In this document: piece after piece, positions 27,435 to 36,934 of the stretch
Numbering within the stretch: position 1 is the stretch's first letter
How the letters are laid out: every line of letters starts with the position of its first letter
Virus record (IMG/VR): IMGVR_UViG_3300044642_000803
Location: 2,887-66,886 of that record
DNA length: 64,000 bases
Strand: one strand, 5' to 3'
From: a virus
Notes under the pieces: generated by a model
The model's database searches: none
What the model was told of the DNA's origin: nothing
Seen by the model: the letters and a program-made list of their open reading frames with translations, nothing else
Made by a program: the position numbers and the translations under genes

Positions 27435-27659
27435 TCGGCAAGCATCGCCCCGGTCACACGGGGCTTTTCCATGCCCGGCCCACATTGCGACAATATGTGA
27501 ACTGTCACCCCTTCCCCCGCATGTTGCGTAACGCACCGGCTACCATATGAAGACCGGGGGAGAGATCCACCGATCGCCAGCCGGCCATAGGCGTAAAACC
27601 GGGCCGAATCGCCCCCAGTGGTCCGGGGGCAACCAACCACCACCCTCCGTCAGCCAGCC

Positions 27660-27962
27660 ATGACCGTCACCACCTTTCGCAGCAACTACGGTTCTTACAA
27701 TGTCACCCGTGCCGTGCTGGCATGTAAGCCAGAAATCAACAACGAAGGCACTACAACTCAAGATGTAGTGATCTTTGAAACTACCGATCAACAAGAAGCT
27801 GTAAGTATTGTTGGCAAAACTTTGTTTCTGCTGGCCAATGGCCGCACCTTTGAATCCAGCTATGACGGTCAGCGCCGCACATCGCTCAAGCCATGTGCCC
27901 GCAAGCAATACGCAAGCATACTCAAGCAGGGTTACAGCCCAGATATTGAGCTGATCTACTGA
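27660..27962 (+). CDS. Hypothetical protein
   Basis: Follows repeated promoter 3. Confidence 0.6.
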   Translation: MTVTTFRSNYGSYNVTRAVLACKPEINNEGTTTQDVVIFETTDQQEAVSIVGKTLFLLANGRTFESSYDGQRRTSLKPCARKQYASILKQGYSPDIELIY

Positions 27963-28053
27963 TCTCCCCCCTGCGAATCGCCGGGAGCCTATCCCGGCAA
28001 CCCATCACCTTTCCCGCCACCAGCTAACCAGCCAACAACCCAGCACCCTGGCA

Positions 28054-28230
28054 ATGAATCACCTAGTCATCGTTCCCGCCCACGAAGTAACCAGCCTGGC
28101 CCACGGCGTCACCGCAGCCGACGATATGGAGGCATCGCAGGACTGGGAGAGGGATGCTGCGAAGCGACGCAGCCACGATCTGGGGCGCTGGCAGCGGGAG
28201 GCCGAAGCGCGAGTCGGGTTCCGCATCTGA
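28054..28230 (+). CDS. Small hypothetical protein (58 aa)
   Basis: Manual translation MNHLVIVPAHEV...RVGFRI. Confidence 0.45.
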   Translation: MNHLVIVPAHEVTSLAHGVTAADDMEASQDWERDAAKRRSHDLGRWQREAEARVGFRI

Positions 28231-28348
28231 CCGATTGCGACAATCCGTGAACCGGCCCCTCATCCCCTCGCCATCCCGTAACGGACCGGCTACAGTATGA
28301 AGACAGGCAAGGGGGAACCCGAGCCGCCACCACCTTGCACCGCCAGCC

Positions 28349-28507
28349 ATGACAATGACCCGCCAAGAAAAAGCCGACGCACTTGATGATCTTTTTCAGG
28401 GATGGCAGCGGCTTTTCGCTGACATTAAGGAATGCCACCCCAACTGGTCTGACAACCAAATCAACAAAGTCGCGGTTGAAGTTGTTCTCAATAAATTACA
28501 TGCCTGA
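28349..28507 (+). CDS. Small hypothetical protein (52 aa)
   Basis: Manual translation MTMTRQEKADALDDLFQGW...; follows promoter 4. Confidence 0.55.
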   Translation: MTMTRQEKADALDDLFQGWQRLFADIKECHPNWSDNQINKVAVEVVLNKLHA

Positions 28508-28565
28508 CCCCCAGCCTGCCGGGAGCTTATCCCGGCAACCAATCCAATCCTCTCAGCAGCCAGTC

Positions 28566-28745
28566 ATGCCTGAAAAACGCTTCTTCCCCATCTCCTGCCG
28601 CTCTCTCTACTGCGGTGAGACGAACTGTCCCGCTACCTGCCCCAACCTGCCCGACTTGACCGCGTTCAACGCCTGGAAGCAGCGCACTGGGGCAACCCAG
28701 CCAGACCCGATCTGGAGCCCCACCTGCTGGCAAGCCGCCGCTTGA
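28566..28745 (+). CDS. Small Cys-rich protein
   Basis: MPEKRFFPISCRSLYCG...C..CP. Confidence 0.55.
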   Translation: MPEKRFFPISCRSLYCGETNCPATCPNLPDLTAFNAWKQRTGATQPDPIWSPTCWQAAA

Positions 28746-28822
28746 CCCCTGCCCGCTGGCCCTGACACCTCGGCCAGCCTGCAGCGCTCAGCTGCTATCC
28801 ACCATCGACACCATCAAACGCC

Positions 28823-29164
28823 ATGACCACCACCACCCTCCAAGTGACCACTCTTGACAAAATCATTCAAGCCGCTAATGCTGCCGTAGCGCTTCGGGGC
28901 ATTGGCCAGCTAGCCACAAAGAAATACGCAAAAATGATCGACACCCATTGGGCGGCGTACATGTTTGCCAGCGGCAAATATGATTCTGTCGATCTTTATT
29001 TAGAGTTGAGAGCAATTACATCAGCGCGACCATTAGAACATTTTTCGCAGCTTGGGAGCTGCGACTGGCCGGTGCTGGCCGCTTTCATAGGCGGCCAGCA
29101 CCAACCGACAGGCGTCAAGCCGGTCAAAATGCGCCGATTAAACCACCATGCAAGCTCGCTCTAG
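28823..29164 (+). CDS. Hypothetical protein
   Basis: ORF. Confidence 0.55.
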   Translation: MTTTTLQVTTLDKIIQAANAAVALRGIGQLATKKYAKMIDTHWAAYMFASGKYDSVDLYLELRAITSARPLEHFSQLGSCDWPVLAAFIGGQHQPTGVKPVKMRRLNHHASSL

Positions 29165-29210
29165 CCCGCCGGGGCTTCCCGGCAACAATCCATCACATCG
29201 CGCCCTTGCT

Positions 29211-29465
29211 ATGGCCTACCCATTTTTTAAACAAAACCGAACCATTTACTGGAACGAAAGCCTTGCCGTTGTTGAAGCGACACACGCACAGATGACAGCA
29301 GACAACCCGCCTCGATTTGACAAAGATGGGACCGAGTTAACCAGCAACCCGCCAGGCCCGATCCAATGGAGCGATGAGCATCCAAGCCGTTTGACCAGCA
29401 ACAGATGGCGAGATCAGGACCTGAGGCTAGGCGACTGCCCGCATGCTTGGCGCATCAATGCCTGA
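29211..29465 (+). CDS. Hypothetical protein
   Basis: ATG at 29211. Confidence 0.5.
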   Translation: MAYPFFKQNRTIYWNESLAVVEATHAQMTADNPPRFDKDGTELTSNPPGPIQWSDEHPSRLTSNRWRDQDLRLGDCPHAWRINA

Positions 29466-29643
29466 CCTCACCATGAACGCATCCGACTGGGAAAACATCG
29501 CCCGTTGCGCCGCAGAGCGTTCACAAGCGGCCTATCAAGAGGCAATGGAAACCGGCGAGGGATTCCCCCTTGCTTGGCGTGAACTAGACACCTGTCTCAT
29601 GGCGGAAAAGATGGCATCCCAGCTCAAGTGCTCCAATGCCTGA
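29458..29643 (+). CDS. Hypothetical protein
   Basis: Coupled ORF. Confidence 0.5.
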   Translation: MPDLTMNASDWENIARCAAERSQAAYQEAMETGEGFPLAWRELDTCLMAEKMASQLKCSNA

Positions 29644-29872
29644 CCCCACCGGAGCCGACCGCCAGCGCCGCTTCCGCGACCGTCAGGCCGGCCTGCTGCC
29701 CCCTGCAGAGCTACGGCCCTGCACCTGCTGCCCCCGCCAGCACACCGGCACCCACGGTGATCACTGCTGGGAGTGCTGGCGACTGCACACCGACGCGGGG
29801 CGTGCCGATCGGGCGGACCGGGTTGCTCGATCCAGGATGCGTAGACGACGGGAGCAGGAAGCGGTAGACTAA
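29636..29872 (+). CDS. Small basic Cys/His protein, possible DNA binder
   Basis: TGADRQRRFRDRQ, CTCC...CWECW. Confidence 0.55.
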   Translation: MPDPTGADRQRRFRDRQAGLLPPAELRPCTCCPRQHTGTHGDHCWECWRLHTDAGRADRADRVARSRMRRRREQEAVD

Positions 29873-29893
29873 GGCGCACCGCAAGCCACCCCC

Positions 29894-30112
29894 ATGTCCG
29901 AACTCATCACCCCTGCCGAAGCTCTACACGAGGCCGTTACCGACCTGATTGAGGTGTCGGAATGCAGCCTGTTCGAGGTTGTTGGCGTACTCGAAGTGGT
30001 CAAGTCCGAGCTGACCTTGGAATCCCTAGCTGCCGATGAAGATGAATCCGACGACTTCGCGTCCGAGGAAGTTGTCGGCGAGTTTGAAAGCGACGGCGTG
30101 GTGGGTGAATGA
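29894..30112 (+). CDS. Small acidic protein
   Basis: Asp/Glu-rich ORF. Confidence 0.55.
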   Translation: MSELITPAEALHEAVTDLIEVSECSLFEVVGVLEVVKSELTLESLAADEDESDDFASEEVVGEFESDGVVGE

Positions 30113-30264
30113 CCGCCCCGGTCGTTACCGCCATTGGTCGCCGGATTCGGCCTGACGGCGTCCGCAAGGTGATCAACGGCCCCAGCGTCAAGGGCACGAT
30201 CAAGAAGCCGTAGCGGCGCAATACAGCGGAAAGCTCAGTCGGTACCCTCTGGCTGGGCTTTTTT

Positions 30265-30987
30265 GTGGCACGGAAATACTCCAGGGATAATGCCGGACGG
30301 TTTGCCAGCGCCGGCACCGGAGCGACGGCACGCGGGGGACGGCTGCGGACCGCAAGCGGCGGCAAGCGGGCCACGCAGACCAAGAAAATAGCGCGGACGC
30401 CTATGGATGGCACCGTAGGAAAAAGCGGCAAGGCTCGCCAGGTCGTTGCATCCCCAAAACCTATCAACGCAAGGAATAATGTCCGACCTTTAAGCAGAGC
30501 GAAAAAGTCACCATCAAACAATATCAAGCCATATAATGCAGCTACCACAAAGGCAAAATTTAAGCAGATTGACAGAAGAATAGATACCTCGCTTAAAGAT
30601 GTCACAAATTCTATTACCAGCTTTAATGATAGAATAAAAAAGGTACAACCTAAGCTTGATAAAGCGCGTCGAAGCTTTGAGCGCAGCAATGCAAAATCAA
30701 TTATCAATCGATTCTCCAAGGACCCAACCGATCGCCTAATATCTCAAGCTGAAATGGGAACAATCGGCAGCAGATATGGCGCCAAGGCGATTCGGCGTCG
30801 CATGGAGCGAGCTACAGCGGCAGCAGAAAAGGGTAGCAAGCCTGCGGCCAGAGCCCGTGTGACCTATGGCAACCAGCTGGCATTTACGGGGCCTGGTAAA
30901 CCGTCAAGAGGGAAGAACAATCTGCGCCCAGGGCCACGAAACACTGTTGGGGCACCAAAGAAAGGGCGTCGCAACAAGAAAGGTTGA
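30265..30987 (+). CDS. Highly basic protein, paralogue A
   Basis: ARKYSRDNAGRFASAGTGATARGGRLRTA; K/R-rich. Confidence 0.7.
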   Translation: MARKYSRDNAGRFASAGTGATARGGRLRTASGGKRATQTKKIARTPMDGTVGKSGKARQVVASPKPINARNNVRPLSRAKKSPSNNIKPYNAATTKAKFKQIDRRIDTSLKDVTNSITSFNDRIKKVQPKLDKARRSFERSNAKSIINRFSKDPTDRLISQAEMGTIGSRYGAKAIRRRMERATAAAEKGSKPAARARVTYGNQLAFTGPGKPSRGKNNLRPGPRNTVGAPKKGRRNKKG

Positions 30988-31019
30988 CAGGAAAGCTTGG
31001 GTAGAATTGGCTGATCGGC

Positions 31020-31964
31020 ATGGCCAGGAAATACTCCAGGGATAACCGTGGCAGGTTTGCCAGTAGTGGCACCGGAGCTACTGCGCGGGGCGGCAGGCTG
31101 CGTACCGCAACCGGGAACAAGCGAGCGACGCAGACCAGTCAGATGACGGCAGCGCCTAGGGCTGGCACCGTGGGAAAGGGTGGTAAGGCGAGGGGATCGG
31201 CCAAACCTGCCGCTACCGTCAAGCCGACTCAGGCCCCAGGCTCCAGAATCAAGGCGCCCAAGGTTGGCGGTGTTTCCCGTGCTCGGTTATCGGGCCAGAA
31301 AATGAACGAAGGCGCCGGCAAGCGTGGCAAGGCGCGGCAGCAACGGCAGCAAACGATGGCAATTCAGCGGCAGATGCTTGGCCGCATCAAGCCTGGTAAG
31401 AGCGCAGAACCGCTTAGCACTGGGGGGACGCTGGCGGCACGGGCCAGCCTCAGGCGTGCCAGGGCGAAGGCGGGTCCTGGGGCATCACCAGCCCAGCGTG
31501 GGGCGGTCACGCGGGCTGGTACTTACCTGAAGGCCAGCAAGGAGCGGAATCGTGCGGCGGTGAAAGGTGCGGCATCAAGGGGCACCGTGGCCAAGCCCAA
31601 GGGGTTGAAGCAAGGGGCGGTGACGGCGAGGGTGAAAGCGAGGGCTGTAGCAGCTAAGCCGGTGAAGAAGGTTGATACAAGCATGAACGCTGTTAAAGAC
31701 AGAAGGCAGCGTGCCCTTGCCCCGAAGAACTCAACCTATTTAAGTAACAAGCTGAACGCAAGAAGCGCCGTGGTTCGCAGTGCTGCAAACGCTATCTACA
31801 ACCGTCAAAGAGCAGTAGGAAAAGCTATAGGACTAAGCCCTGCAGTTGTACGCCGGCCGATTGGTATAATGACCGGTCTTTCAGGAAGTAATCGAAATAG
31901 GGCAGAGGCAAATCTGGAAAACGCAAGAAAACGAGTCATAAAAGGTCGAAAGGGTCGCCGCTAA
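31020..31964 (+). CDS. Highly basic protein, paralogue B
   Basis: MARKYSRDNRGRFASSGTGATARGGRLRTA; K/R/A-rich. Confidence 0.7.
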   Translation: MARKYSRDNRGRFASSGTGATARGGRLRTATGNKRATQTSQMTAAPRAGTVGKGGKARGSAKPAATVKPTQAPGSRIKAPKVGGVSRARLSGQKMNEGAGKRGKARQQRQQTMAIQRQMLGRIKPGKSAEPLSTGGTLAARASLRRARAKAGPGASPAQRGAVTRAGTYLKASKERNRAAVKGAASRGTVAKPKGLKQGAVTARVKARAVAAKPVKKVDTSMNAVKDRRQRALAPKNSTYLSNKLNARSAVVRSAANAIYNRQRAVGKAIGLSPAVVRRPIGIMTGLSGSNRNRAEANLENARKRVIKGRKGRR

Positions 31965-31967
31965 CCG

Positions 31968-33101
31968 ATGACCACCCGCATCGTCGGAGTCGTTGACGAC
32001 TACGCCGCCATCCTTGACCAGTTGGAAGCACGCACGCTGGCCAACACCACCGCCATGCTGCGCACCGCCCTGGATCGCGTGCTAGGTGACATGAAGCGGC
32101 ACTATGCGGCCTACCTCAACGCCGTGGGCCCCTCCGATCTTGACCCTGAGGGCAATCCCATCAGGGCCCCCGGCGCCTACAGCTCCGCCGAAGCAACCGC
32201 CAAGTACCAGGCCATCCTACGGGACGCTCAGCAGTTCCTGCCGCCAGAAGAGATCGCCGGCTGGCAGCGCCAGTTCACCACCGATCTAGTCGAGGCTCTG
32301 GCCATCGGCGGTGAAGCTGCGGCCGCGCTGCAGACGATCGTCACCGGTACCAGCGCCGCCTTCGCCGGGGCCAATCCGTTGGCGATCCGTGCCGCCGTTC
32401 AGACCGCTACTGCCTTCATGTCGGGTGAATCCGCACGGTTCCGTGATCAGATCGCGCAAATCGTCGGCGAAGGGGTCGCCCGTGGCTGGGGCCCCAAGCG
32501 GCTTGAACGGCAGATCGTTGGGGCGCTAGAGGGCACAACCGACCCCACGGGCAAGACCTCACGGATGGGGCTCCGCCAGCGTGCCGAGGTGATCGCCCGG
32601 TCAGAACTGGCCAATGCCTATGTCCGTGGGGCCATTGATCACAACCTGGCCGAGGGCTTCAGCTTTATCCGCTGGGTGGCCGCCACCGATGAGCGCACCT
32701 GCCGCTGGTGCCTCAGCCGCCATGGGCGCATCTACCCATCTGATCAGGTGGTCATCCCAGCCCATCCACAATGCCGATGTACGCCGGTCCCGTTGCCGGC
32801 TGATGAGGTGCTGGAAGCTGACCCGGTGATTCGTGACACCCTGCTCGATAACGCTTTCTGGCGGGAGGAGCAAGCGGCAGGAGTCAGGGCCCTGGCCAAA
32901 GCGGAGGGGATCAGCGAGGAACGGGCCAGGGGGCTGCTGCAGCGTGCCCTGACCGCACCAACAGCCAGCGAGCGATACCTATTCCCCGATCGCACCCGCA
33001 GCCTGCAGCCATCGGCGCCGTTGGATGCTCCGGCAGGTGGGCGGACGTTCAGCGAGGTGGTAGGGGAATTGGCGGCTAGGAGGGGTGTTGCTGGGGGGTA
33101 A
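31968..33101 (+). CDS. Minor head morphogenesis protein (Mu gpF/SPP1 gp7 family)
   Basis: RAEVIARSELANAY, WVAATDERTCRWC..RHG, PAHPQCRC. Confidence 0.9.
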   Translation: MTTRIVGVVDDYAAILDQLEARTLANTTAMLRTALDRVLGDMKRHYAAYLNAVGPSDLDPEGNPIRAPGAYSSAEATAKYQAILRDAQQFLPPEEIAGWQRQFTTDLVEALAIGGEAAAALQTIVTGTSAAFAGANPLAIRAAVQTATAFMSGESARFRDQIAQIVGEGVARGWGPKRLERQIVGALEGTTDPTGKTSRMGLRQRAEVIARSELANAYVRGAIDHNLAEGFSFIRWVAATDERTCRWCLSRHGRIYPSDQVVIPAHPQCRCTPVPLPADEVLEADPVIRDTLLDNAFWREEQAAGVRALAKAEGISEERARGLLQRALTAPTASERYLFPDRTRSLQPSAPLDAPAGGRTFSEVVGELAARRGVAGG

Positions 33102-33324
33102 TACTTTGCCGCCTTTCGAGCCAATCTTTCATCACAGCCCAACTCACTTCGCATCTGGCTGCCAGTTTTAGAGCAGCAATCAACTGTTCATGCGTCATCT
33201 GCGCCACTGGTAACCCCACGGGAATGTCACCCGCAGCGGTCCACAGAACGGTGGCGCCACCTTCGACGGCGTTGATTAGTTCTTCCAACTTGTCCAGAGT
33301 TAGCCGTGGTGAGTTGTTGTACAT
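33076..33324 (-). CDS. Hypothetical protein
   Basis: Last gene of a minus-strand insert. Confidence 0.5.
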   Translation of the reverse strand: MYNNSPRLTLDKLEELINAVEGGATVLWTAAGDIPVGLPVAQMTHEQLIAALKLAARCEVSWAVMKDWLERRQSITPQQHPS

Positions 33325-33360
33325 GGGTGATGGTTGACAATGTGGTTGACAAAGCGCGGC

Positions 33361-33591
33361 TCAGTGGTTGTCAAACCCGATGTGGAGCCACTGGCAAGGC
33401 TCAATCGTCAGAGGGGCAGGCCAACGCTCGTGGGTTTCCACTCTCCCACCTTCGGTCATGGTGCCCTTGATCACCTCCCCCGTGTCTGGGTCACAGGCCA
33501 GCACGCCAAACAACAAACGCCCGAGGCGGTCGCGGACTATGGCCCCGTTGGGGTACTGCTGGCGGAAGGTGGGGGAGTTGGCGTCAATCAT
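33361..33591 (-). CDS. Hypothetical protein
   Basis: Coupled ORF. Confidence 0.55.
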   Translation of the reverse strand: MIDANSPTFRQQYPNGAIVRDRLGRLLFGVLACDPDTGEVIKGTMTEGGRVETHERWPAPLTIEPCQWLHIGFDNH

Positions 33592-34348
33592 GGGGGATGC
33601 CCTTCAAGAGTTCGGCGATACGGATAAGCTGCTTGTCGGTCAACTGCATCAGATCAGGTTGCTCGGCTGCCACGCACTCCGCGGCAGCTTCCAGCGCTGC
33701 CACCAGTTCAGCCACCTCCCCCTGCGCTGGCAGGGCCACGGGACCATCGTGGCAGCCGCTGAACCCAGGATGCGCCAGGATCGCCTCAGCCAGGGCTGCA
33801 GCGCCTAATACAAAGGTGTTGCGATCGCTTTTGAGGTCCACTTCCATGATGATCTCGGCCAGTCGCAGGACATGACCTACGCGGGGAGGGAGCCCAGGCG
33901 AGGCCGTGGCAGCAGCCCGAGGATCTGCTCCACCATGCAGCACATCAAGGTGCTGGCTTGGCGTCAGGCCGCCAGAGAAATCGGGGTCATGCAGCTCGGC
34001 CAGGTTCACCGTCTGGGCTGCGGGCTGGGCAACCGGAGCACGCCAGCGGGTGATGGCGGAGGTGATCATGTCGCGCAGGATTGAAAGGCTCGTGGCGTCG
34101 TCGCTGTCAAGAGGAAACCCAAACTCTTGACACAGCTCGACAACGTCGTCAACGCTCGGCCCTTCTGCGTGGTCTGCGGCTGCGGAAGGGCTGGCCTGGG
34201 GCTGCGCATAAAGCGCCATGTCGCAGTCGGGGTGGGGCTCACGCCAGCCACTGAAAGACTGCACCTTCTGGAGGGCAGCGCTGAAGTCATCGGATCGGCA
34301 CCACGCGACTGGAGTAGCTGGCTGGGGTGCTGGGGTGGGGTTGGTCAT
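33584..34348 (-). CDS. Mosaic phage hypothetical protein
   Basis: PVAW..ALYAQP and EGPS..V.EL...ITRW modules. Confidence 0.6.
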   Translation of the reverse strand: MTNPTPAPQPATPVAWCRSDDFSAALQKVQSFSGWREPHPDCDMALYAQPQASPSAAADHAEGPSVDDVVELCQEFGFPLDSDDATSLSILRDMITSAITRWRAPVAQPAAQTVNLAELHDPDFSGGLTPSQHLDVLHGGADPRAAATASPGLPPRVGHVLRLAEIIMEVDLKSDRNTFVLGAAALAEAILAHPGFSGCHDGPVALPAQGEVAELVAALEAAAECVAAEQPDLMQLTDKQLIRIAELLKGIPHD

Positions 34349-34383
34349 TGGAATGGTGGTGGGTGGGGTGGTTGCGGGACGAT

Positions 34384-34800
34384 TTAATACTCTGGATGTA
34401 GCATGATCACGCTTTCCTGTCCCATGTAATTGTCCGGAACAAAATCGGGAAAGGCTTGAATGGCGTTAATTGTGTGCCGTTCGTACTTCACGGGCCACCG
34501 ACGCTGAGTCCATGAGCCTAAGTAGCCACGTCGATAAGCGTTTTCCTTCCAATGCTCAAACCAATTCGCCGGATACTGAACAATAAACGCTTCGAGGGTT
34601 TTTCCGAAAAGGAAAGCTGCTAGGCTGTACCGCATTAGATGCCCGCACTCCTCTTCTCTTTTCTGAATTTCAGTTCGATCCATCATCGACAGGTAAAGAT
34701 CACGCTTATCAATAAATCTGGTAGAGCCAAAATCGTAACGATTTAACGTCAAGGTTTCAAGTCTGAAACCGAGGAACCCAGAGGGGTGTGATGATTGCAT
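34384..34800 (-). CDS. Hypothetical protein
   Basis: AT-rich ORF. Confidence 0.55.
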   Translation of the reverse strand: MQSSHPSGFLGFRLETLTLNRYDFGSTRFIDKRDLYLSMMDRTEIQKREEECGHLMRYSLAAFLFGKTLEAFIVQYPANWFEHWKENAYRRGYLGSWTQRRWPVKYERHTINAIQAFPDFVPDNYMGQESVIMLHPEY

Positions 34801-34835
34801 TGTACCGAGAAGGTAGAGTAGGTAGTTGGTGGTGA

Positions 34836-35057
34836 TCAGTTGAATTTTTCAATGAACTCGCGCACCTGCCCGCTTGTGGTCAGGTCGCCAAATGCCATCC
34901 TGCCCAGGGCAAGCGCAATGCCTGGGTGATCTGCGGTCTTAGGGTGCTTCCTAAGGTCACTGATTATCGAACTCAGCGCCTGCTGCAAATACCCCTGATC
35001 CACGTAGGCCAGTGCTCGTTTCTTGCACCATTCAAGGTGCTGTGCGCGTGGTTGCAT
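34836..35057 (-). CDS. Hypothetical protein
   Basis: RAQHLEWCKKRALAYVD.G. Confidence 0.6.
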   Translation of the reverse strand: MQPRAQHLEWCKKRALAYVDQGYLQQALSSIISDLRKHPKTADHPGIALALGRMAFGDLTTSGQVREFIEKFN

Positions 35058-35161
35058 GGGTTGATCGGTGGTGGTGAATAAAAACGGGAGGGGCACCCCC
35101 TCCCTGAATCAGTGCCTTATCGCTAAAGGGAGAGGGAAACTTGCAAAAAAATGGTTGACGC

Positions 35162-35578
35162 TCATTTGCTCCGATCGCGAATATCTAAAGTTGGTACAGG
35201 CAAACCGCCTTCAGTGGGGATGTAGATGGTTTTGTTGCCTTTTTCAGCCCCCTCGGCTAGCTCGGTGATGTAGAGGTACTGGAGGTAGCGGGGATTGTTT
35301 TCTAGCGAAGCGCCGATGATCTTGTTTGCTTCGGCGACGCCCTTGGCTCGCTCAATCTCAGCGCTGGCCAGCATTACGGCAGAATCGCGCTTAGCCGTAG
35401 CCTCAAGGACCGAAACTCGGCGGGTGGACTCGGCCTCGCGAAGCAATGCTTCGCCGCCCATACCCTTGGTCCAAACGTTATAGACGGGCCAACCAAAAAA
35501 GACCAGGGCAAAAGCGCCAATTACGGCAATAGCCGTGACAGACCAAAAAACAACATCATTGTTGCTGCGGGATTGCAT
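35162..35578 (-). CDS. Membrane-anchored SPFH/band-7 C-terminal-like protein
   Basis: TM helix, then AEIERAKGVAEANKIIG.SL..YLQYLYI..IYIPTE. Confidence 0.7.
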   Translation of the reverse strand: MQSRSNNDVVFWSVTAIAVIGAFALVFFGWPVYNVWTKGMGGEALLREAESTRRVSVLEATAKRDSAVMLASAEIERAKGVAEANKIIGASLENNPRYLQYLYITELAEGAEKGNKTIYIPTEGGLPVPTLDIRDRSK

Positions 35579-35708
35579 GAGTTTTTCCTGCGGTGGTGAA
35601 TAGGTGCCGGGGCGTCAGCCCCACTCCCATGAGGACCCCGGCCCGCCCATCCTAAGCCATTGCCATTCCCTAAGCCACCCTGGCAAGCTGAGGAAACGCC
35701 ACGCACCG

Positions 35709-35921
35709 ATGCCCCTCGCTACGGCCGCACCGATGCCCCCCGAACTGCGGGCCTTCCTGACCCTTCATGCCACGGTAGGGGCCAGGGATGAAGAGGCTAC
35801 GCGGCAGGTGCTGCGTGAAGTTGCCGTGGCCATGCCGCCACGCAGTGGGCACAAGGTCGTCGCCATGTTGCAACGATCCATCGGCTTGAGCGCCCGAGCC
35901 TGGCTGCAGAAGCTCGCCTAA
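35709..35921 (+). CDS. Hypothetical protein
   Basis: ATG at 35709. Confidence 0.5.
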   Translation: MPLATAAPMPPELRAFLTLHATVGARDEEATRQVLREVAVAMPPRSGHKVVAMLQRSIGLSARAWLQKLA

Positions 35922-36230
35922 GTGGCGTCCCACATCGAGGGGACAGTGCTGGTGACCAAGCGGCTCACAAAGAGCAGCTTCCGGCGCGAGATCATTGACG
36001 CCTGGAATGGAGCCTGCGCCTACTGCGGGTGCCAGCCCGAGAAGGTCACGCTCGATCATGTGATCCCCAAGGCCAAGGGGGGAACCACTGACCGCGCCAA
36101 CCTAGTCCCGGCCTGTGCTGGTTGCAATGTGTCGAAAAACCACTGCGATGTCTGGGCCTGGTACCAAGCGCAGCCGTTCTTCTGCTCTGACAGGGCGGCA
36201 AGAATCAGGCAGTGGCACGCCCCAGGCTGA
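35922..36230 (+). CDS. HNH endonuclease
   Basis: CAYCG, TLDHVIPKAKGG, NLVPACAGCN. Confidence 0.92.
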   Translation: MASHIEGTVLVTKRLTKSSFRREIIDAWNGACAYCGCQPEKVTLDHVIPKAKGGTTDRANLVPACAGCNVSKNHCDVWAWYQAQPFFCSDRAARIRQWHAPG

Positions 36231-36368
36231 TTACTTGGCCTTTGAGCGGGCAGACTTGGCGGGCTTGGCGGGCTTGGCTTTTTTGGGCATCGCCATGGAC
36301 ATTGAGCTGCCACCCTTCTTGCCCTTGCCCATCGCCATTGCGTCTTTGCCTGCGCCCTTGCTTGCCAT
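36231..36368 (-). CDS. Small Lys-rich basic protein (45 aa)
   Basis: Manual translation MASKGAGKDAMAMGKGKKGGSSMSMAMPKKAKPAKPAKSARSKAK; GGAAAGCT motif upstream. Confidence 0.55.
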   Translation of the reverse strand: MASKGAGKDAMAMGKGKKGGSSMSMAMPKKAKPAKPAKSARSKAK

Positions 36369-36439
36369 TTTGCCGTACACGGGAATCTCCGATTACTACC
36401 GCAGCTTTCCCGGAAACCTGCAGCAGATCGCATAGCCCC

Positions 36440-36934
36440 ATGACCATCCCAACCCTAAACGCCGCCTGGCGGGTGACGCCACGGGATGACCGTGAGCTGA
36501 TTCGAGGGTATGCCGGCTGGCCATTATCGGTGACCAACCTGACCGAGCTGACCGCAATCCTCAACCGGGTGGCGATCACCTCCGCTGCCGCCGTCACCCA
36601 GGTGCAACGATGGATCGACGAAATCGAGAACCTGGAGGCGGATTACGCCGAACGGGTGGAGAACAACACGGCGCATCTGGGCAATGCGGGGAGCTACGAA
36701 GGCCCGGTCCCCGGCACCACCCTGACCCGCGAGGACTTAGAGAGCAAAGCCGACGTACTGGAGTGGGATACCAGCCTGTTGCGGGTGAAGTACGACTCAG
36801 GTGGTTCCGGTGGGACGGCCGGCGCCGTGCTCGCCGCTCGTTTGGCCGACTTAAAAGTCCGGATCTTCCAGTCCCTGGGGATCAAGCCGGTCGTCGGCGG
36901 CAGCGGCGGAATGGCGCAACTGGTGCGTAGCTGA
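36440..36934 (+). CDS. Putative head-tail connector
   Basis: Position and size; coupled to the next gene. Confidence 0.55.
   Translation: MTIPTLNAAWRVTPRDDRELIRGYAGWPLSVTNLTELTAILNRVAITSAAAVTQVQRWIDEIENLEADYAERVENNTAHLGNAGSYEGPVPGTTLTREDLESKADVLEWDTSLLRVKYDSGGSGGTAGAVLAARLADLKVRIFQSLGIKPVVGGSGGMAQLVRS

Larger units (their letters stand above)
26532..28305 (+). promoter_or_regulatory. Four copies of a conserved promoter GTAACGSRCCGGC-TACNNT
   Basis: At 26532, 27058, 27528 and 28278, each upstream of a small gene; three have ACAATNYGTGAAC about 40 nt upstream. Confidence 0.75.

Noticed and set aside
26532-28293. NtcA sites in the repeated promoters
   Set aside because: Spacing is GTA-N10-TAC, not the canonical GTA-N8-TAC.
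34611-34618. GGAAAGCT on the + strand
   Set aside because: Inside a minus-strand gene with no downstream start; likely a chance occurrence.
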